From assembly GCF_000400465.1 (NCBI RefSeq), contig NW_008806277.1, forward strand, positions 20,001 through 144,000: 124,000 nt of DNA. The letters are read 5' to 3'. Below, in pieces: positions 48,389 through 61,388 of this stretch. Both the position numbers and the translations under genes were made by a program. Numbering within the stretch: position 1 is the first letter of the stretch; every line of letters starts with the position of its first letter. The notes under the pieces are model-generated. The model did no database searches. It was not told the origin of the DNA and saw nothing but the letters and a program-made list of their open reading frames with translations. This DNA is from Wallemia ichthyophaga EXF-994. Its lineage: Eukaryota; Fungi; Basidiomycota.

Positions 48389-50163
48389 ATGGTTTATGTG
48401 CCTTATATTAGCTCAAAGCTGCCTAATTACGATGGCCCATATCCTGTCGGTGCGTTTGATTTGGAGTTGCCAGTCGATGAGGTACGACTTTTCGCCACCG
48501 ATAGAGCCCCACACAACTCACACTGACGCAGCCAGACGAAAAGCAATCTGCCAGCTTCAAGATTGATACAGATCCGGAGCCACTCAAGCTAGAAACTGTC
48601 CTCTTCACACTGTACTACCCAACAGACAAGAAAGCTTTTAACGGCAAGGGGAAGCTTATCAAGTGGTTTCCTAGGCCATTCGCTTCCACCGCTTATGGAT
48701 ATGCTAAGCTTGCTGAGATTTCTCGCACTTTTGCAGGTGAAGCACGCTGACTGCCAATTCCTAATGCGTAACTGACTTTTATACTTTAGTTTCATTCGCA
48801 CATGCTCTAGCTCGCAGCACAAAGATCCCTGCATACGATTCTGCTCCTCTCGCTTCCTGCCCCACGGGAAAATGGCCGCTTATCATCTTCTCGCACGGCC
48901 TCGGCGGGCAGAGGAGAATGTACAGCCACCTCTGCGGGAGCCTGGCTAGTCATGGATATATAGTGTGTGCAGTTGAGCACCGCGATGGAAGTGCACCAAC
49001 TTCGTGGGTCTATCCACCGCTCAACAATCGCAGCGAGCAGGGCTCGCCGAGATCAGTCACCTGGTACGACTGGAAACAGGTGAAGTTTGAAGATCCTTCA
49101 AAAGAAGAGTCCCACGTCCCTCTGCGTGACGAGCAGCTCGATTTCCGGTTGAGAGAGCTTGAGATGACCTGGAAACATCTCAAACGTATTGCTGCGGGCC
49201 AGGGCGCTGCATCTGAGCTCATGAACCATCGTAAGAAAGTAAGTGGTGCTGCAGGCCAAGTGAATTGGGATTCATTCGCAAGATGTATGGATGCAGACAG
49301 GGATGTTACTTTCATGGGCCACAGCTTCGGTGGAGCGACTATCTGCAGGGTTGCGACCAAGTCAGATGGATTTCTGCGATGCATAACACTCGATCCTGTG
49401 CGTATTTCTTTGCCATTCAATCACACCGCGGCTAACAAGACACTCCCAGTGGAGCTGGTGGGAGATTTTCCCAGAAGACGCCATCTCGTACCCCGTTTTC
49501 TCACCGCCGCATTTCGACATCAAGGTGCCTTTGCTGACGATCAATTCTGAGCAGTTCACAGTATGGCACGACAACTTCCGCTCCGTCTACGACCTTCACC
49601 GACGCCAGAAAGATAAAGGACTGCCGTCGTGGTTATTCACCATCTGCGGCACGCTTCACGCTTCATTCAGCGACATCAACCTAATTGCGCCTCGGCTGTC
49701 CAAGTACAAAGGGATGCGTATCAACCCAAAGCAAGCACTTGGCCTGACGGTGGATGTCGTGAGGGAGTTCACGAACCAAAACCCCAGCCATGACCGTACA
49801 CCTTCGATCCACACCCACGCTAGCACCGACACATCTGAGTTCTCCGTGTGTGAGAGCGAGGATGAGGAGCATGCGCGTGTTCTCGATGAAAGACGTCGCG
49901 AGAGGCCCTACGAACTCGCTGACGAGGACAAGGAGAGCATTATGAAGAGGTGGCCGCCACGTCTCCCGCCAACGTCGAAAGAGCTGATCAAGTTGAAGAT
50001 CGGAGAGCCCGGCCATTTCGTCCTGCATATCAAACCGAGAGAGGAATATGCAGGGGCAGATGTGGAAGACTCTATACCGTCGCCTACCCTCCCCAGTCAC
50101 ACACCGCCAGATACTACGAGTCAGCCTAACCAGCAGCTGCCATACAATGTGTCGGCATCGTGA
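48389..50163 (+). CDS. PAF-acetylhydrolase (isoform II family) serine hydrolase
   Basis: YDGPYPVGAFDLE, IIFSHGLGG, AVEHRDGS, MGHSFGGAT. Confidence 0.9.
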
Positions 50164-50299
50164 GCGCGGCTACCCAATCCACACACCACACACCCACACA
50201 CTAACAAAGCAAGGACATGTACTTCTAATCCCTAATTAGTTACTTTAATTGAACATTTTGTTACAATTATAATAAATTTATTTGATAGACACGCGCAGA

Positions 50300-51877
50300 C
50301 TACTCTCCCAGCGCAGCCATAGCACCGTCATATCCCTGTCTCCAGCCAGTTTCGAATTCCCACATGTTCCCACTTAGGCCTCTAAAAGCTGAGTGTTCGT
50401 CCATCCGCGCCTCGATCCATTTCCCGACGAAGCCGATTTCTGAGCGCCCGACTACGTGGTGAGAGGGAGGGCGATGATAAGCAAACATTACCTATAGGTA
50501 GTGTGTTAGCAGGCAAACAACGTAACAGCTGCCATTACACACCGCATCATCCCAACCGATCCTGAAGCCATCTTCGAATCTCCAGTGTTCGGCAACAGGC
50601 AGACCTTGAGAGGCCCAGTATTGAGCGTGAGTGTGTACAGCATGTTGGCCGAGTTCGTCTCTCTCCTCCAGCGACGCTCTGCCCTCCTCTGGCAGACCTC
50701 TCCTGCCGCCTGCCCACTGGGGGAAAGCGTGAGTGTTGACGGCCTCCTTGAAATCCCAACCGGTATCCCCGCCATGCTCCTTGCGCAGTGTCCAGAAGAA
50801 CCAGCCAGCGGTGGTGCGTTCGTAGAGTGCGAGTTGGGCGCCGATCCACATGGCGATCATATCGTGATGATCGTGTCCCGCCGTCGACCCCGGATTCAGC
50901 CCGCCACTCCACTCACCGACAATGAGACTCCCGCGGGCTTTGCGCTGCGCCTCGCCCAGGAACTCGAGATACTCCGCTTGACACCGCCCAGTATGGTCGA
51001 ACGCACTCGCGCTTGTTTGCTCCTCGGTGAAACAGCGATAGAGGTGGTGGTCGAGCATGACGAAATCTTTGCGACTGCCTACTACACCGGAATAATACTC
51101 CGTGTCCCATGCATCTCCTAGCGCTAGGGGGAAATGCGGGTGGGTCAGTGTGCGCGCTTCGCTCAGTATGTCGAGATAAAGTGATAGTAACGCATCGTTG
51201 TTCGCTGGCTCATTCACTAGCTCCACTCCTACCACATTGTCGCGAGGGGAAAAGTGTGCGATGAGGAAACGCAGCGCATGCTTGAGTACTGCGATGTTAC
51301 GCTCCTCCCACATCTTAATCTCAGGTCCAGATCTCCCAGAGTGATCATCGTGGTTTTGCTTTCCAGGTGCAGAATGTAGATCGAAGTGTACACCAATGTT
51401 CCACTTCTCCGCCCAATCTACGGCTCTTTCGATGTAGGATATAGTGTTCTCGTACACATGTCCCAGGCCTTGGAAATCTGTGCCGTCGAGATACCCTTGT
51501 CCGAGATATTTGCTGAAATGGTAGTATCCTACTGGGATACGCACCGTGTTTATACCAATACTAGACAACCACTCGAAATCTGCTTCAGTTATCCACGTCT
51601 CGTAGTGCTGCTCCATTATTTCTTTTGCATTTCCGCCGCGAGCTACATCGTGGTCTGATTGGGCTGGCTCTACCGCCTCCCTGTAGGGAGACCAGGTGAT
51701 CCACTTTTCGAGGACAAACCAGCTGCCTAGATTGACACCGCGCTGCTTACGAAATCTGTACACATCAGCGGGCGATAGGATTCTTGGTGGTATTGTGTGG
51801 TTCGAAGTGGGGTAAGCGTGAGCGTTGGATGTTGGCTCTGTCGAAAAGGATTTCTTGAGCGATTTGAAAATTCCCAT
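50300..51877 (-). CDS. GH5 exo-1,3-beta-glucanase
   Basis: RGVNLGSWFVLEKWI, NTVRIPVGY, DLHSAPGKQN, ELVNEP, LDHHLYRCF, IVGEWS. Confidence 0.93.
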
Positions 51878-52049
51878 AATAGTGAGACAACTTAGTATTA
51901 TAACAAAACAAGTGTTGCGTCGTAGATATTTCATATATGCGCAAGACACACACACGTGAGCAGATTATTTAATTCAAAATGAATAAGATTCACAAAAGAA
52001 AAAAGTTCATTTAATAGTCGATTAGATTATTTGGTTATATGCTTTGTAC

Positions 52050-53060
52050 TTATGCATTGCGGTGGAAATCAATAACCTGGTTGACTTCATGCTTCGAGCC
52101 CAAGAAGACAGGCACTCTCTCGTGGATAGAAGTAGGCTTGATGTCCAAGATGCGTTGTGTGCCAGTAGTGGCAATACCACCGGCTTGTTCGATGAGCATG
52201 GCCATTGGGAAACCCTCGTAGAGAATACGCAGCTTACCATCCTTGGTCTTCTTGTCGCCTGGGTAACCAAAGATACCACCGTAAAGAAGTGTTCTATGGA
52301 CATCAGCAACCATAGAACCAATGTATCTGGCGCTGTAAGGTTTGCTACCGTCTGCAGGGTTCTTGATAGAGTCAAGGTATTTGTTTACAGGTTCATGGAA
52401 GAACTTGCTGTTACCTTCATTGAAAGAGTAAATAGAGCCCTTTTCAGGAAGGGTGATGTTTTCGTGGGTGAGGATGAATTCACCGAGGGCAGGGTCAAGG
52501 GTGTAGCCATTAACGCCAGAGCCGGTGGTGATGACGAGGTTGGTGGAGGCACCATACATGGTATAACCGGCGGCAACCATATCAGAGCCCCTCTGCAGGG
52601 CGTCTTCTATGTCGCCCTTTGAGCCATCCCTGACCTTGTAGATACCGAAGATGGTACCAACGTTAACACCGGCGTCAATGTTGGAAGAACCATCGAGAGG
52701 ATCGAAAGTGACGCAGTACTTGCCCCTCTTTCCATCCTCAATGAAGACAGGATCGTCGAGTTCCTCAGAGACGAGGACAGCAGTCTTACCAGAAGCCCTG
52801 AGAGAGTTGATCATGATTTCGTTGGACAGGACATCGAGTTTCTTCTGGTCCTCGCCCTGGACGTTGGTCTCACCAGCCAAACCAACGAGGTTGATAAGCC
52901 TGGCTTTACGGACGTTGTTCGCGATGAACTTTGACGTCAGCGTGACTGAGGTGAGGAGAAGAGAAAGATCGCCAGACGCTTCAGGCGAGTTGTGCTGGTC
53001 TTCCAAGATATGGCGGGAGACAGTCTGTAAGTTTGTGTTTGAATTTGGACCTTCTGACAT
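52050..53060 (-). CDS. FBP1: Fructose-1,6-bisphosphatase
   Basis: FDPLDGSSNID, ARYIGSMVADVHRTLLYGG, GKLRILYE. Confidence 0.98.
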   Translation of the reverse strand: MSEGPNSNTNLQTVSRHILEDQHNSPEASGDLSLLLTSVTLTSKFIANNVRKARLINLVGLAGETNVQGEDQKKLDVLSNEIMINSLRASGKTAVLVSEELDDPVFIEDGKRGKYCVTFDPLDGSSNIDAGVNVGTIFGIYKVRDGSKGDIEDALQRGSDMVAAGYTMYGASTNLVITTGSGVNGYTLDPALGEFILTHENITLPEKGSIYSFNEGNSKFFHEPVNKYLDSIKNPADGSKPYSARYIGSMVADVHRTLLYGGIFGYPGDKKTKDGKLRILYEGFPMAMLIEQAGGIATTGTQRILDIKPTSIHERVPVFLGSKHEVNQVIDFHRNA

Positions 53061-53562
53061 GGCTGTATGGTTGAAAGAAGATGGAGCCGGCGGAGGGCTA
53101 GCGTGTGGATAGATTCGATGAGGTCATTGGATTTTGGTGGGTGGGTTATTGAGCGGTGAGTGCGCGTAAAGTCTGTGCCTCTAATGCTGGCGCTTGATCT
53201 AGTGTGTTACTCACACCTGCGTGGTTACATCACTTTACAAATGGATAAATGAATTGCGGGGGTAGTTTTGCATATATCCACCGGTACACCACACAATTTA
53301 CAAATTTATGCAATTCCACTGCCACTGCTGTGCGATGTATAGTGCGTAGTATAGCATTCCCGGGACATTCCAATGAGCACGCAAGTGGGCTGCACTGTGG
53401 GCAATCTATTGGGCCATCCAACGACAAAATACCATCGTGATTATCCTACTGCTCGCTCACAAAACTCAAATTAATTCCGGCGAAACATCCTAAATCTGAA
53501 ATCCTCCGAATCATCGCACTTCTAAATTTCTAAAGCCATCACAACGCAGCAAATCGCAAATA

Positions 53563-54276
53563 ATGAACTGGGTCGGAATACTAAAGAAGATATTCAAGAT
53601 ATGCGTGAAGGAGATAGAGAAGCATCAGGAGCAGCAGAGTGAGCCAACTCCAGCACCCTCGCAGAAACCAACGGGAGAATACATACCGCCCAAGGAATCG
53701 CTCGGAGAGAAGCGGATTAACGGTCAAGCAGCAGAGCAGTACTGGATGTCTCAGCCCGAGTACACGGAACTCCGCGACCGCGCCAACGCAGAAGGCGACA
53801 AGATGGGCAGGTGTTTCGACGCAGCCAGCAGTGCATACACCAGTGGTGACGGCGGTAGAGCTAAAGAGCTTAGCAACGAGGGCAAGGAGCATAAGAAGGA
53901 GCGCAGTCGCATTAACAAACAAGCCGCAGATTGGATCTTCGAGAAAAACAACCTCGATAACCGCCGCGATGAGGTCGATCTGCATGGCTTGTATGTTAAA
54001 GAGGCCATGGGGAAGGTGGAGGAAGCCATCGCCAATGCTCGCGTTTCTAATATCAACCCGCTCAAAGTCGTCGTCGGGCGCGGCACCCACTCTAAAAATC
54101 ATGTCTCAAAGATGAAGCCGGCGATTGAAGGTATGATGCGCAAAGAGAATCTGAGATGCAGAGTAGATCCAACCAACGCTGGCCAGCTGCTCGTATATCT
54201 CGATGGTCAGGGTGATGGAACGGATAATGCTGAGGACGTTGCCAAGGACACGGAGGATGCTTGTGTTATTATGTGA
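53563..54276 (+). CDS. DUF1771 + Smr domain protein
   Basis: EVDLHGLYVKEA, VVGRGTHS; ends CVIM. Confidence 0.9.
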   Translation: MNWVGILKKIFKICVKEIEKHQEQQSEPTPAPSQKPTGEYIPPKESLGEKRINGQAAEQYWMSQPEYTELRDRANAEGDKMGRCFDAASSAYTSGDGGRAKELSNEGKEHKKERSRINKQAADWIFEKNNLDNRRDEVDLHGLYVKEAMGKVEEAIANARVSNINPLKVVVGRGTHSKNHVSKMKPAIEGMMRKENLRCRVDPTNAGQLLVYLDGQGDGTDNAEDVAKDTEDACVIM

Positions 54277-54300
54277 TGTACACACCTATGTAATGTTATT

Positions 54301-55173
54301 CTACCTGCTATAGAAATTAATAACACCATCACTCCCACTGCTAACCATTTCCTCGCGTGTGGGGTGGTGGTCGACGTAAAGCACCGCCTTCTCGTGTGAC
54401 TTGTGCTGTGATACTATTCTACTCTCCAGCATATCCCATACGAGTAGTCTGCCATCCTCGCTGGTGCTGATGACAGACGAGTCACCAAGCCCGAAAGTAG
54501 AAACCGCTTTGAACTTCTCAGCGGCGTGACCGGAGAACGTAGCGAGGAGTTCTCCCGTCGCCGTATCTAGCAACCGCACTTTATTATCCAGCGTAGAGAC
54601 GAGGATGGCGGAGTTATCCGATGTAGGTTTAACAGAAGTGACGGCGTGATCGAGGTAATCCTGACGGAGCTGTCCAGCTCTAAGATCGTAAGTGCGCACA
54701 AAGCCATCTACGCTAGCAGAGTAAACGATGGAGCCACTGACACACACATCCACCACGCTATCCGAAGCATCGTCAAGTATCTGCAGAGGGAGACGCTGTC
54801 TAGCACGCATATCCCATATGCGCACCGTAGAGTCAAACGAGCCAGACAGTAGCACTGAGGCATCGCCGTTGAATGCCACCGTGTTCACTTTGCTGTCGTG
54901 TCCAACGCACCTGCGTACTGTCGCGCCCGCTTGCACATCCCATACAAATACACTCTTGTCTCCCCCGCAGCTGGCGAAATGGGTGTTGTCGGGCGTTATG
55001 CTCAACCCAAGCACCTCGTAGCCGTGCCCGTTGTACGCCTTCACTTGGCTCGCCGTGTGCGGATTCCATAGTCGTATACTGCGATCTCGCCCTCCACTTA
55101 GGCAATACCGCCCCGCATTGTTGTTGAACTTTACTACATTCACGGGCCCGCTGTGGCCGAGAAGTTGCGTCAT
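54301..55173 (-). CDS. WD40 protein WDR83/MORG1
   Basis: GHSGPV, SGGRDRSIRLWNP, YNGHGYEVL, SCGGDKSVFVWDV. Confidence 0.88.
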   Translation of the reverse strand: MTQLLGHSGPVNVVKFNNNAGRYCLSGGRDRSIRLWNPHTASQVKAYNGHGYEVLGLSITPDNTHFASCGGDKSVFVWDVQAGATVRRCVGHDSKVNTVAFNGDASVLLSGSFDSTVRIWDMRARQRLPLQILDDASDSVVDVCVSGSIVYSASVDGFVRTYDLRAGQLRQDYLDHAVTSVKPTSDNSAILVSTLDNKVRLLDTATGELLATFSGHAAEKFKAVSTFGLGDSSVISTSEDGRLLVWDMLESRIVSQHKSHEKAVLYVDHHPTREEMVSSGSDGVINFYSR

Positions 55174-55372
55174 GGTTGTTCGGTTTAGATTACAGTGTGT
55201 ATCGTATAAGTTATTAAATACAAATGATTAAAGTATAATTACCTGCTTATACTCCGCTATGTAGTGTAGGTATGAGTTTACTAGAAATTGAAATGAGCGT
55301 GGTGTTTGTGGGGTTGCTGCTTCTGTGCGTATGAGCAGCTATGAATACATAAATGAGCGCGTTTGTTTGTGT

Positions 55373-56485
55373 CTATCTAACTATCTCCTGCGCTGATCCC
55401 TTCCTCCTAATCAGTTTATTGAATATTCTGTTGTTGTAAAAATGTGAAGATTTTGTGATCTTACTCGCGACTGCTGGGTGTTTCAATTCGAGTGGTGTCT
55501 CTGGTGGACTAGCTAGGGCCATCAATGAAGGTATGTTCTGTGTCTGGAGTGGGTGATGTGGGTGATTAGAGTGAGTGTGGTAAGAGTGCTGTTGCTGCTG
55601 CGAGTGATATGTTTGCTGTTGATTCAGCGGACTAAGTGAGATATTCCCGCGTGGACGAAGCGTTGGCTGTGATCTTTGTTGACGAAGTTGGTGGTGTTTG
55701 CGTATTGCCGATGGGGATGGGTACGCGGGGATATTGTGTAAGTTGTGGTAGAACATAGGTGGTGGCTGTAGTGGCTGGTATTGCTGATATGGAAGCATCA
55801 TCTGTGCAGGCATCTGTGGCATTTGCGAGATGGGAGAGATGGGAGCCATTCCAGCCATTCCAGCCATGTTTACTGGAGGCGCCCTAATTAACGGACCAAA
55901 CTCCCTGACAATGTCTTGATGAGTTATATTCAATTCAAAATTCAAAAAGGACAGCAGCTGCCTCTCCATCAAGTTAACCTCTGCCACACTAAACAACCTA
56001 GCGTGTCTAGCCCAGTGCTTGTTCTTAGGGCTGCTGTCATTAAGAAATTTTGAAGCGACTATCAAAGCAGCCAAGAATACTCTATGTCTGGTGCAAGACA
56101 TGCCTTTAGCAACGGGTGGAAGCTTGAGCCTAAGTCTATCCAAGTAAACGAGGGTAGAAATGAGAGTTGGAACTTGGACATTTGATTGGTCAACCAGAGT
56201 TGCGATAAAGCATTCCAAACTGGGCAAGGTAGATGATTGAGCGAGTAAATCATCTGTCAAAGACAAATTGGGCAATTCAGCAGCATCTTTTGTTGGCGTA
56301 GCAGGTGGTGTGAGTACTGATTCATATCCATTCTTCCCCCCAGCCGATAACAAGCTATCCGTTGTCTTCTTTGCGAGGTAGGTGATCATTGAGGGCGTAA
56401 CGGGTGAGTAAACAAATTCCAATAACTCCTTTTCATGCTTAAAGAAGCTTAATTGACTAAACGGGCACTTCCTATCAATCTTCAT
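55373..56485 (-). CDS. Pho85-type cyclin (Pcl1/2-like)
   Basis: LPSLECFI...[41 protein letters not shown]. Confidence 0.93.
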   Translation of the reverse strand: MKIDRKCPFSQLSFFKHEKELLEFVYSPVTPSMITYLAKKTTDSLLSAGGKNGYESVLTPPATPTKDAAELPNLSLTDDLLAQSSTLPSLECFIATLVDQSNVQVPTLISTLVYLDRLRLKLPPVAKGMSCTRHRVFLAALIVASKFLNDSSPKNKHWARHARLFSVAEVNLMERQLLSFLNFELNITHQDIVREFGPLIRAPPVNMAGMAGMAPISPISQMPQMPAQMMLPYQQYQPLQPPPMFYHNLHNIPAYPSPSAIRKHHQLRQQRSQPTLRPRGNISLSPLNQQQTYHSQQQQHSYHTHSNHPHHPLQTQNIPSLMALASPPETPLELKHPAVASKITKSSHFYNNRIFNKLIRRKGSAQEIVR

Positions 56486-57212
56486 TGTTACGTTCCAACT
56501 TTTTCACTTATTCTCAATAAGGAAGGTCTTTCACTTTGAGCTTGTGGACGTTCTCAACTAAGAAATATTTCATCTTCTCATTTTATATTCCATTTGTACC
56601 TTATGATTGATTTGTTGACATGCTTTCAACCTGCTTCGCCGTCAACTTTATTAAGACCTAGGGTTGGCAAAAATTTTTATTTTCTTGTGTCTTTTGAGAT
56701 GAGGAGGGGGCATATCCGTAGGGAGCTTGAGCATCCCTTTCAAACCACCTTTCAAACGCGTAAAATTCTAACTTTTCGTCGAGATATGCACGTCATTGCG
56801 TAATAGTAAACAAGGGCGGGAAAGGCGAGAATACATGCAAGCAATACATCTAGTACAAGCACTGCACTCCCGCACAAAACCCACCCTCTATCCTCACAAA
56901 TCAGTCAAATACCTCAATTTACGTCACCAAATGTCTAATTCATATCTCATCGGGCTCAATTTCATAAAACAGCTGTCAGATCTATTTTGTCTTTTTGGGT
57001 GAAATATGAATATTTTCAGCCTTTTCCGCTCATTTGGCTACAAATTCTGACGTCTTGAACCGGCCAACGTATAGTCCGCAGGGAGGGGCAGCAGACAGCG
57101 CGTAGACTACAATATATTAGTATATCGCACACAAACACACAATATATCACATTGGACAGCGACAACACGCAGCACAGCTCATCACAGCACACACCCCAAT
57201 GCACCCAACCCC

Positions 57213-57905
57213 ATGCCCAATATCAGCGTAAGAGAACGAATAAGCGCTTTGGAGCAGCAGCACCGGCCGAGCACAAGCGAAGGCGTCGCCGATGCCCATC
57301 GAAGGATATCCAGCAATTCCACAAGCATGAATGTGAAGCAGCGCGCGAGTTATTTCCAGGGCGAGGAGAGTAGAAGTAGGAGTAGGAGTAGCGGCAGCGA
57401 CAGTGCTGGTGGTACTAGCAATGACACCACGAGCAGCAACACGGGCAACGCATCCACTCCACCCTCCACCAATCCACCTTCCTCTCCCCGCATCGACAGC
57501 AGCAGCGTGCAGGTGGAGAGTGGCAGTGTGGGCAGCGCCGATAACAGCATACATACACCTACTCCCGCCTCACCCGCTTTCACAGCCACCACTGACGTCC
57601 ATTATCAGGTCCCTGAGCTCGTCGAAACGGACTTGGAACACAACCAGGAAATAATCCAGCTGCTGAGAAACGACAAACAGCTGTCTTTTGCACATGAGAC
57701 TCAGACACATGCACACCCTCAGTCTCGTACGGACGTTCTTCAGGCTACACACGACCTAGCAAACCTCAGTACATCCTTCGACGGTGAAGTTGGTGAGCTG
57801 GACGGCGTTCTTGATGCGGATAGCAGTATTAGCAGTGCTAGCAATCGTGATAGTGAACTGGAAGCAGATACTGAGGCTGGCTGGGTGACAGTCATCACAA
57901 CATAA
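57213..57905 (+). CDS. Hypothetical low-complexity S/T-rich protein
   Basis: 230-aa ATG ORF between convergent neighbours. Confidence 0.55.
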   Translation: MPNISVRERISALEQQHRPSTSEGVADAHRRISSNSTSMNVKQRASYFQGEESRSRSRSSGSDSAGGTSNDTTSSNTGNASTPPSTNPPSSPRIDSSSVQVESGSVGSADNSIHTPTPASPAFTATTDVHYQVPELVETDLEHNQEIIQLLRNDKQLSFAHETQTHAHPQSRTDVLQATHDLANLSTSFDGEVGELDGVLDADSSISSASNRDSELEADTEAGWVTVITT

Positions 57906-58078
57906 CCATGACTGAATATGTCTTATTATATGGATACCTAGTCAAAATAATACACGCAGTTTATCAGTAGAATCAGTAGACAGCAGGTAGCTTGAAGTAC
58001 CTATTATAATCCATTTTCCTATTTTGTTTCTAGTTTCATTTGAATTCTAATTTGAGTTCCCATTGGCCTTCACTCCAC

Positions 58079-59793
58079 CTAATCACTCACCATCTGTGGG
58101 TTGGATTCGCGGGTGATAGTGAGTATATGATCGCCAATAGCACGTGCATCGAATCCTGCCTCACAGTAAGTAAAGTAGTAAACCCACTTGCGTCTAAACA
58201 CCTCGATCGCCTCATCCGACAATCCTTTATGTTCGAGTGCGAGATGATGGCGAATTTGTGTATCGAACGACGCCTCGAAAGCCCTGCGCCAATCGCGAAG
58301 AGTGCGAGAGTAATGAGGGCCTATCTGCACAACATTATCGACCACCAGCTTTCCTTTGGTGCCCTCCAAGAGTGTATCAAAGAGGGCTGTGAGACTAGGC
58401 AGAACGCCACCCGGGAAAATATACTTGCGAATGAAATCGACATTCTTAACGTAAGCCCCGAAACGACCTTCGGGGATGGTAATAGCCTGGATGACGGCGA
58501 TGCCGTTGTCATTGAGTGCCCAATCAAGGCAATCGAAGTAACGGGCCAGGTACTCTATACCCACAGCTTCGATCATTTCAATCGATACGACACGGTCGAA
58601 ATTTGCGTGCCAACTCTGTGGCATGTTTCTATAATCGCAGAGATGCACCCTGATGCGATTACTCAGTCCAGCATCACTGATACGTTGCTCGGCGAGCTCT
58701 TTCTGCGCTGTGCTCAGAGTGAGTGTGTCGACTATTAGACTCGGGTAAAGCTTGCACGCCTCGATCGCAAACGATCCCCACCCACTGCCTATTTCTAGCA
58801 AACGCATGTTGGGGAGAATGCTAGTTTTGTGTATGATTGTGTGCAGCTTTCGCAGCTGCGCAGCGTGCAGATCATCACCCTCATTCACTGCATCCCCATT
58901 AGCCAGTGTGCGGCCGTTGTTGTTTAGTTTCAGTTTGTGTGTTTTCTGTTTTTTCTTCGAGTTGCTGGTTGTGCTGCCGTTATTGGTGGTGCTACCGTTG
59001 CTGCCATTGCTCCCAGTAAGCGCCAACGCCACCTCCGTATCTGCCTTGGGATCCTCGTAGATACCGCAGCTGTATGTCATATCGGGGGAGAGGAAGCTGG
59101 TGAACATGTCGTTTGAGATATCGTAGTGAGCTGAGATATTGCGACGCGTGTTCGTTATGCTGTTTGCGAAACGCGTGTTGAGAGCATACGCCAGCCAGCT
59201 ATACAGATAAGAAGGCAGAGTCGACATTTCAGCGAGGTGCTTGCGGTTAGCTATGAAAATCTATAAAAGGCGCGGTAAGCACACATCGACGCGCCTCGCA
59301 ACCCACGACACACCTTGAAGACGGAAGTGAGATCATCGACGTCTATATCGCCGAACATGTACGCCTCGCTGAAACCAACATCGTTCATTAGGAGTAGACG
59401 CACCCAGAAAGCGTGATTCTTTACTGTGATGGTGGCTTGTGGCTGTTTGCCCGGTTCCCCCTTTCCAAATACCACAGCACCCTCATCACCGAGTACAACC
59501 AGCCTCCCAATCTCGATTCGCTGAAAGTACGACACAATCAACTGACGTGAAATCGCTGTCACTGGCCCAAACCCATAACCCAGAAATCCCTCTTTTACGC
59601 TGCCAAGTACCTTTTCTGCAGCTCGCAGCACACCACCGCTACCGACATTGCCACCGAAATCAATTTTTTCTCTCTCTACTCCCACTGTACTTTCCCTGAA
59701 TCCACCACGTCAGCTTATCCGCGGCGCTATCTTTCCATTCTCACATAACGGTAGTGATCGCCGAGTTCCGAAAGGCAATGACCGCGCACGCAT
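58079..59793 (-). CDS. Cyclopropane-fatty-acyl-phospholipid synthase family methyltransferase
   Basis: NISAHYDISNDMF, LEIGSGWG, SIEMIEAVG, FIRKYIFPGG, IGPHYSRTLRDW. Confidence 0.93.
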
Positions 59794-59875
59794 GACAAAA
59801 GCGGAGGTACATTTATATTTACATTTATAGTGTCATCATATTCATCGCAATCATCGTAATCTATATTATATACCT

Positions 59876-61323
59876 TTACAACAACGTCGAATGTGTTCTA
59901 TCGCGGCATGTCTTGAGAAACTTTATCAATGATGTCCCTCCTGTACCTTTGATATCCGTATCGCGCGATTCCGGGACATTTGCTGAATTTGAGTCTGATT
60001 CTTTCTCTGCCTTGCGCGACTGCGTCACAACATACAGCGTAGCTATCTTGATATGTTCACTACGCAACTTCTTCATCGATTCTATCGCACCATTGTACGC
60101 AGATTGCAGGTCAGCATTATGCGACGTACCCACGACATCCCGGCAGCTCGGTTCGACACATTTGAGGTGATTAAGGAACCGCCTGTGATAGTCAGGCATG
60201 TACGTCTGCATTCTGCGCATAAAAGTGTCGTCGAAATCAGCTTCGTCGTCTACAGGAGCATGATTTACCCCCAGGAAGGCATCTATAGCGTGAATTAGTG
60301 ATGATTGCCCTGCAGATGGTCCGCCGTAGTCTCTATACACCCCCAGCGGGTCGACGCCTTCGTAATGCCACTTGCCCTCGCCATTTGGTCCGTTGAACCA
60401 TCGCCTTATGCTCGTGTAGAACACTTCGGGACTGCATTCTGCACGCACTGCGACGAGTATCTCTGTAAGCACATTTATTTGAGCGGCTAGATCAGTCAAC
60501 TGCCTGCACATCCTGGGAAACGACACCTGCGGTGATACGTCTGCCATAAACGCTTCATCGAGACATTGAGACATCCTCTCCAAACATAATCTCCCCTCTA
60601 CTTCAATATGCGCCGAAGTTAAGTAGAAGTGTTCTTCATCGCGGGATTGAGTGAAAGTCAAGGGTGCTCGGAGATTTCCACGTCTAAGGCCCTTTGATTT
60701 GTCAATGTACTCCCAGTTCCACAGTACTGTGGAGGCGTAGGTGAGGATCGGAGGTAGACCGAGAGCCAGAGCGGTGGTATGCCAAGGAATCGCGATGGAG
60801 CGTGGTATGATCTGTGTCGATTGCGTAGTCTGCTTCTTGTGCGCTGGCTGCGAGTGAACGAAGAAATGAGCGAGGAACGACAGCACAGTGTATGCTCTTC
60901 GAACCGAGCGGATACCGTCGGAAAGGATAGTAGGGGGCTCGAGTACAGACATCTAATCGGCAACGACGTTAGAAATGCTTACGCAAAACTCACACCACTC
61001 ACGCCACAGATGGCATTACGCCATGTATTCGAAACCTCGTTGTTAGCACCGTCTAGAAGAAGAGGGAGATTTTGGGCAGAATCCAACGCTAACTCCCATA
61101 TATCATAGCACTCAGATAACCTCCTCAAAGGCTCTTCTGGTGGGAGAAACGCGGATCTGGGATCGACGTCGAAATCGGCAGCGGCAAGCGTGGAGCAGTC
61201 CAAGCTTCCGGAGTAGGTGAGCGAGCGCTGCGATAGGAAATGCTGATGAGGTAATTTTGTATTGGAATTCATTTTGGCGGAGAGCGCTTCTTGATCCGTG
61301 GCCATCATCAGCGATCTTGACAT
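59876..61323 (-). CDS. BNA2: Indoleamine 2,3-dioxygenase
   Basis: FDVDPRSAFLP, LGLPPILTYA, GPSAGQSSLIH, RMQTYMPDYHRRF, KGTGGTSL. Confidence 0.93.
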
Positions 61324-61388
61324 CTTGAAAGAAGGAGATCAAGAGGGGAATTATATAAACAAACAAGTAAATTATAATACTAAAAAAA

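Noticed and set aside
58079-61323. CFA synthase plus IDO as a secondary-metabolite cluster
   Set aside because: No backbone enzyme, regulator or transporter nearby; flanked by housekeeping genes
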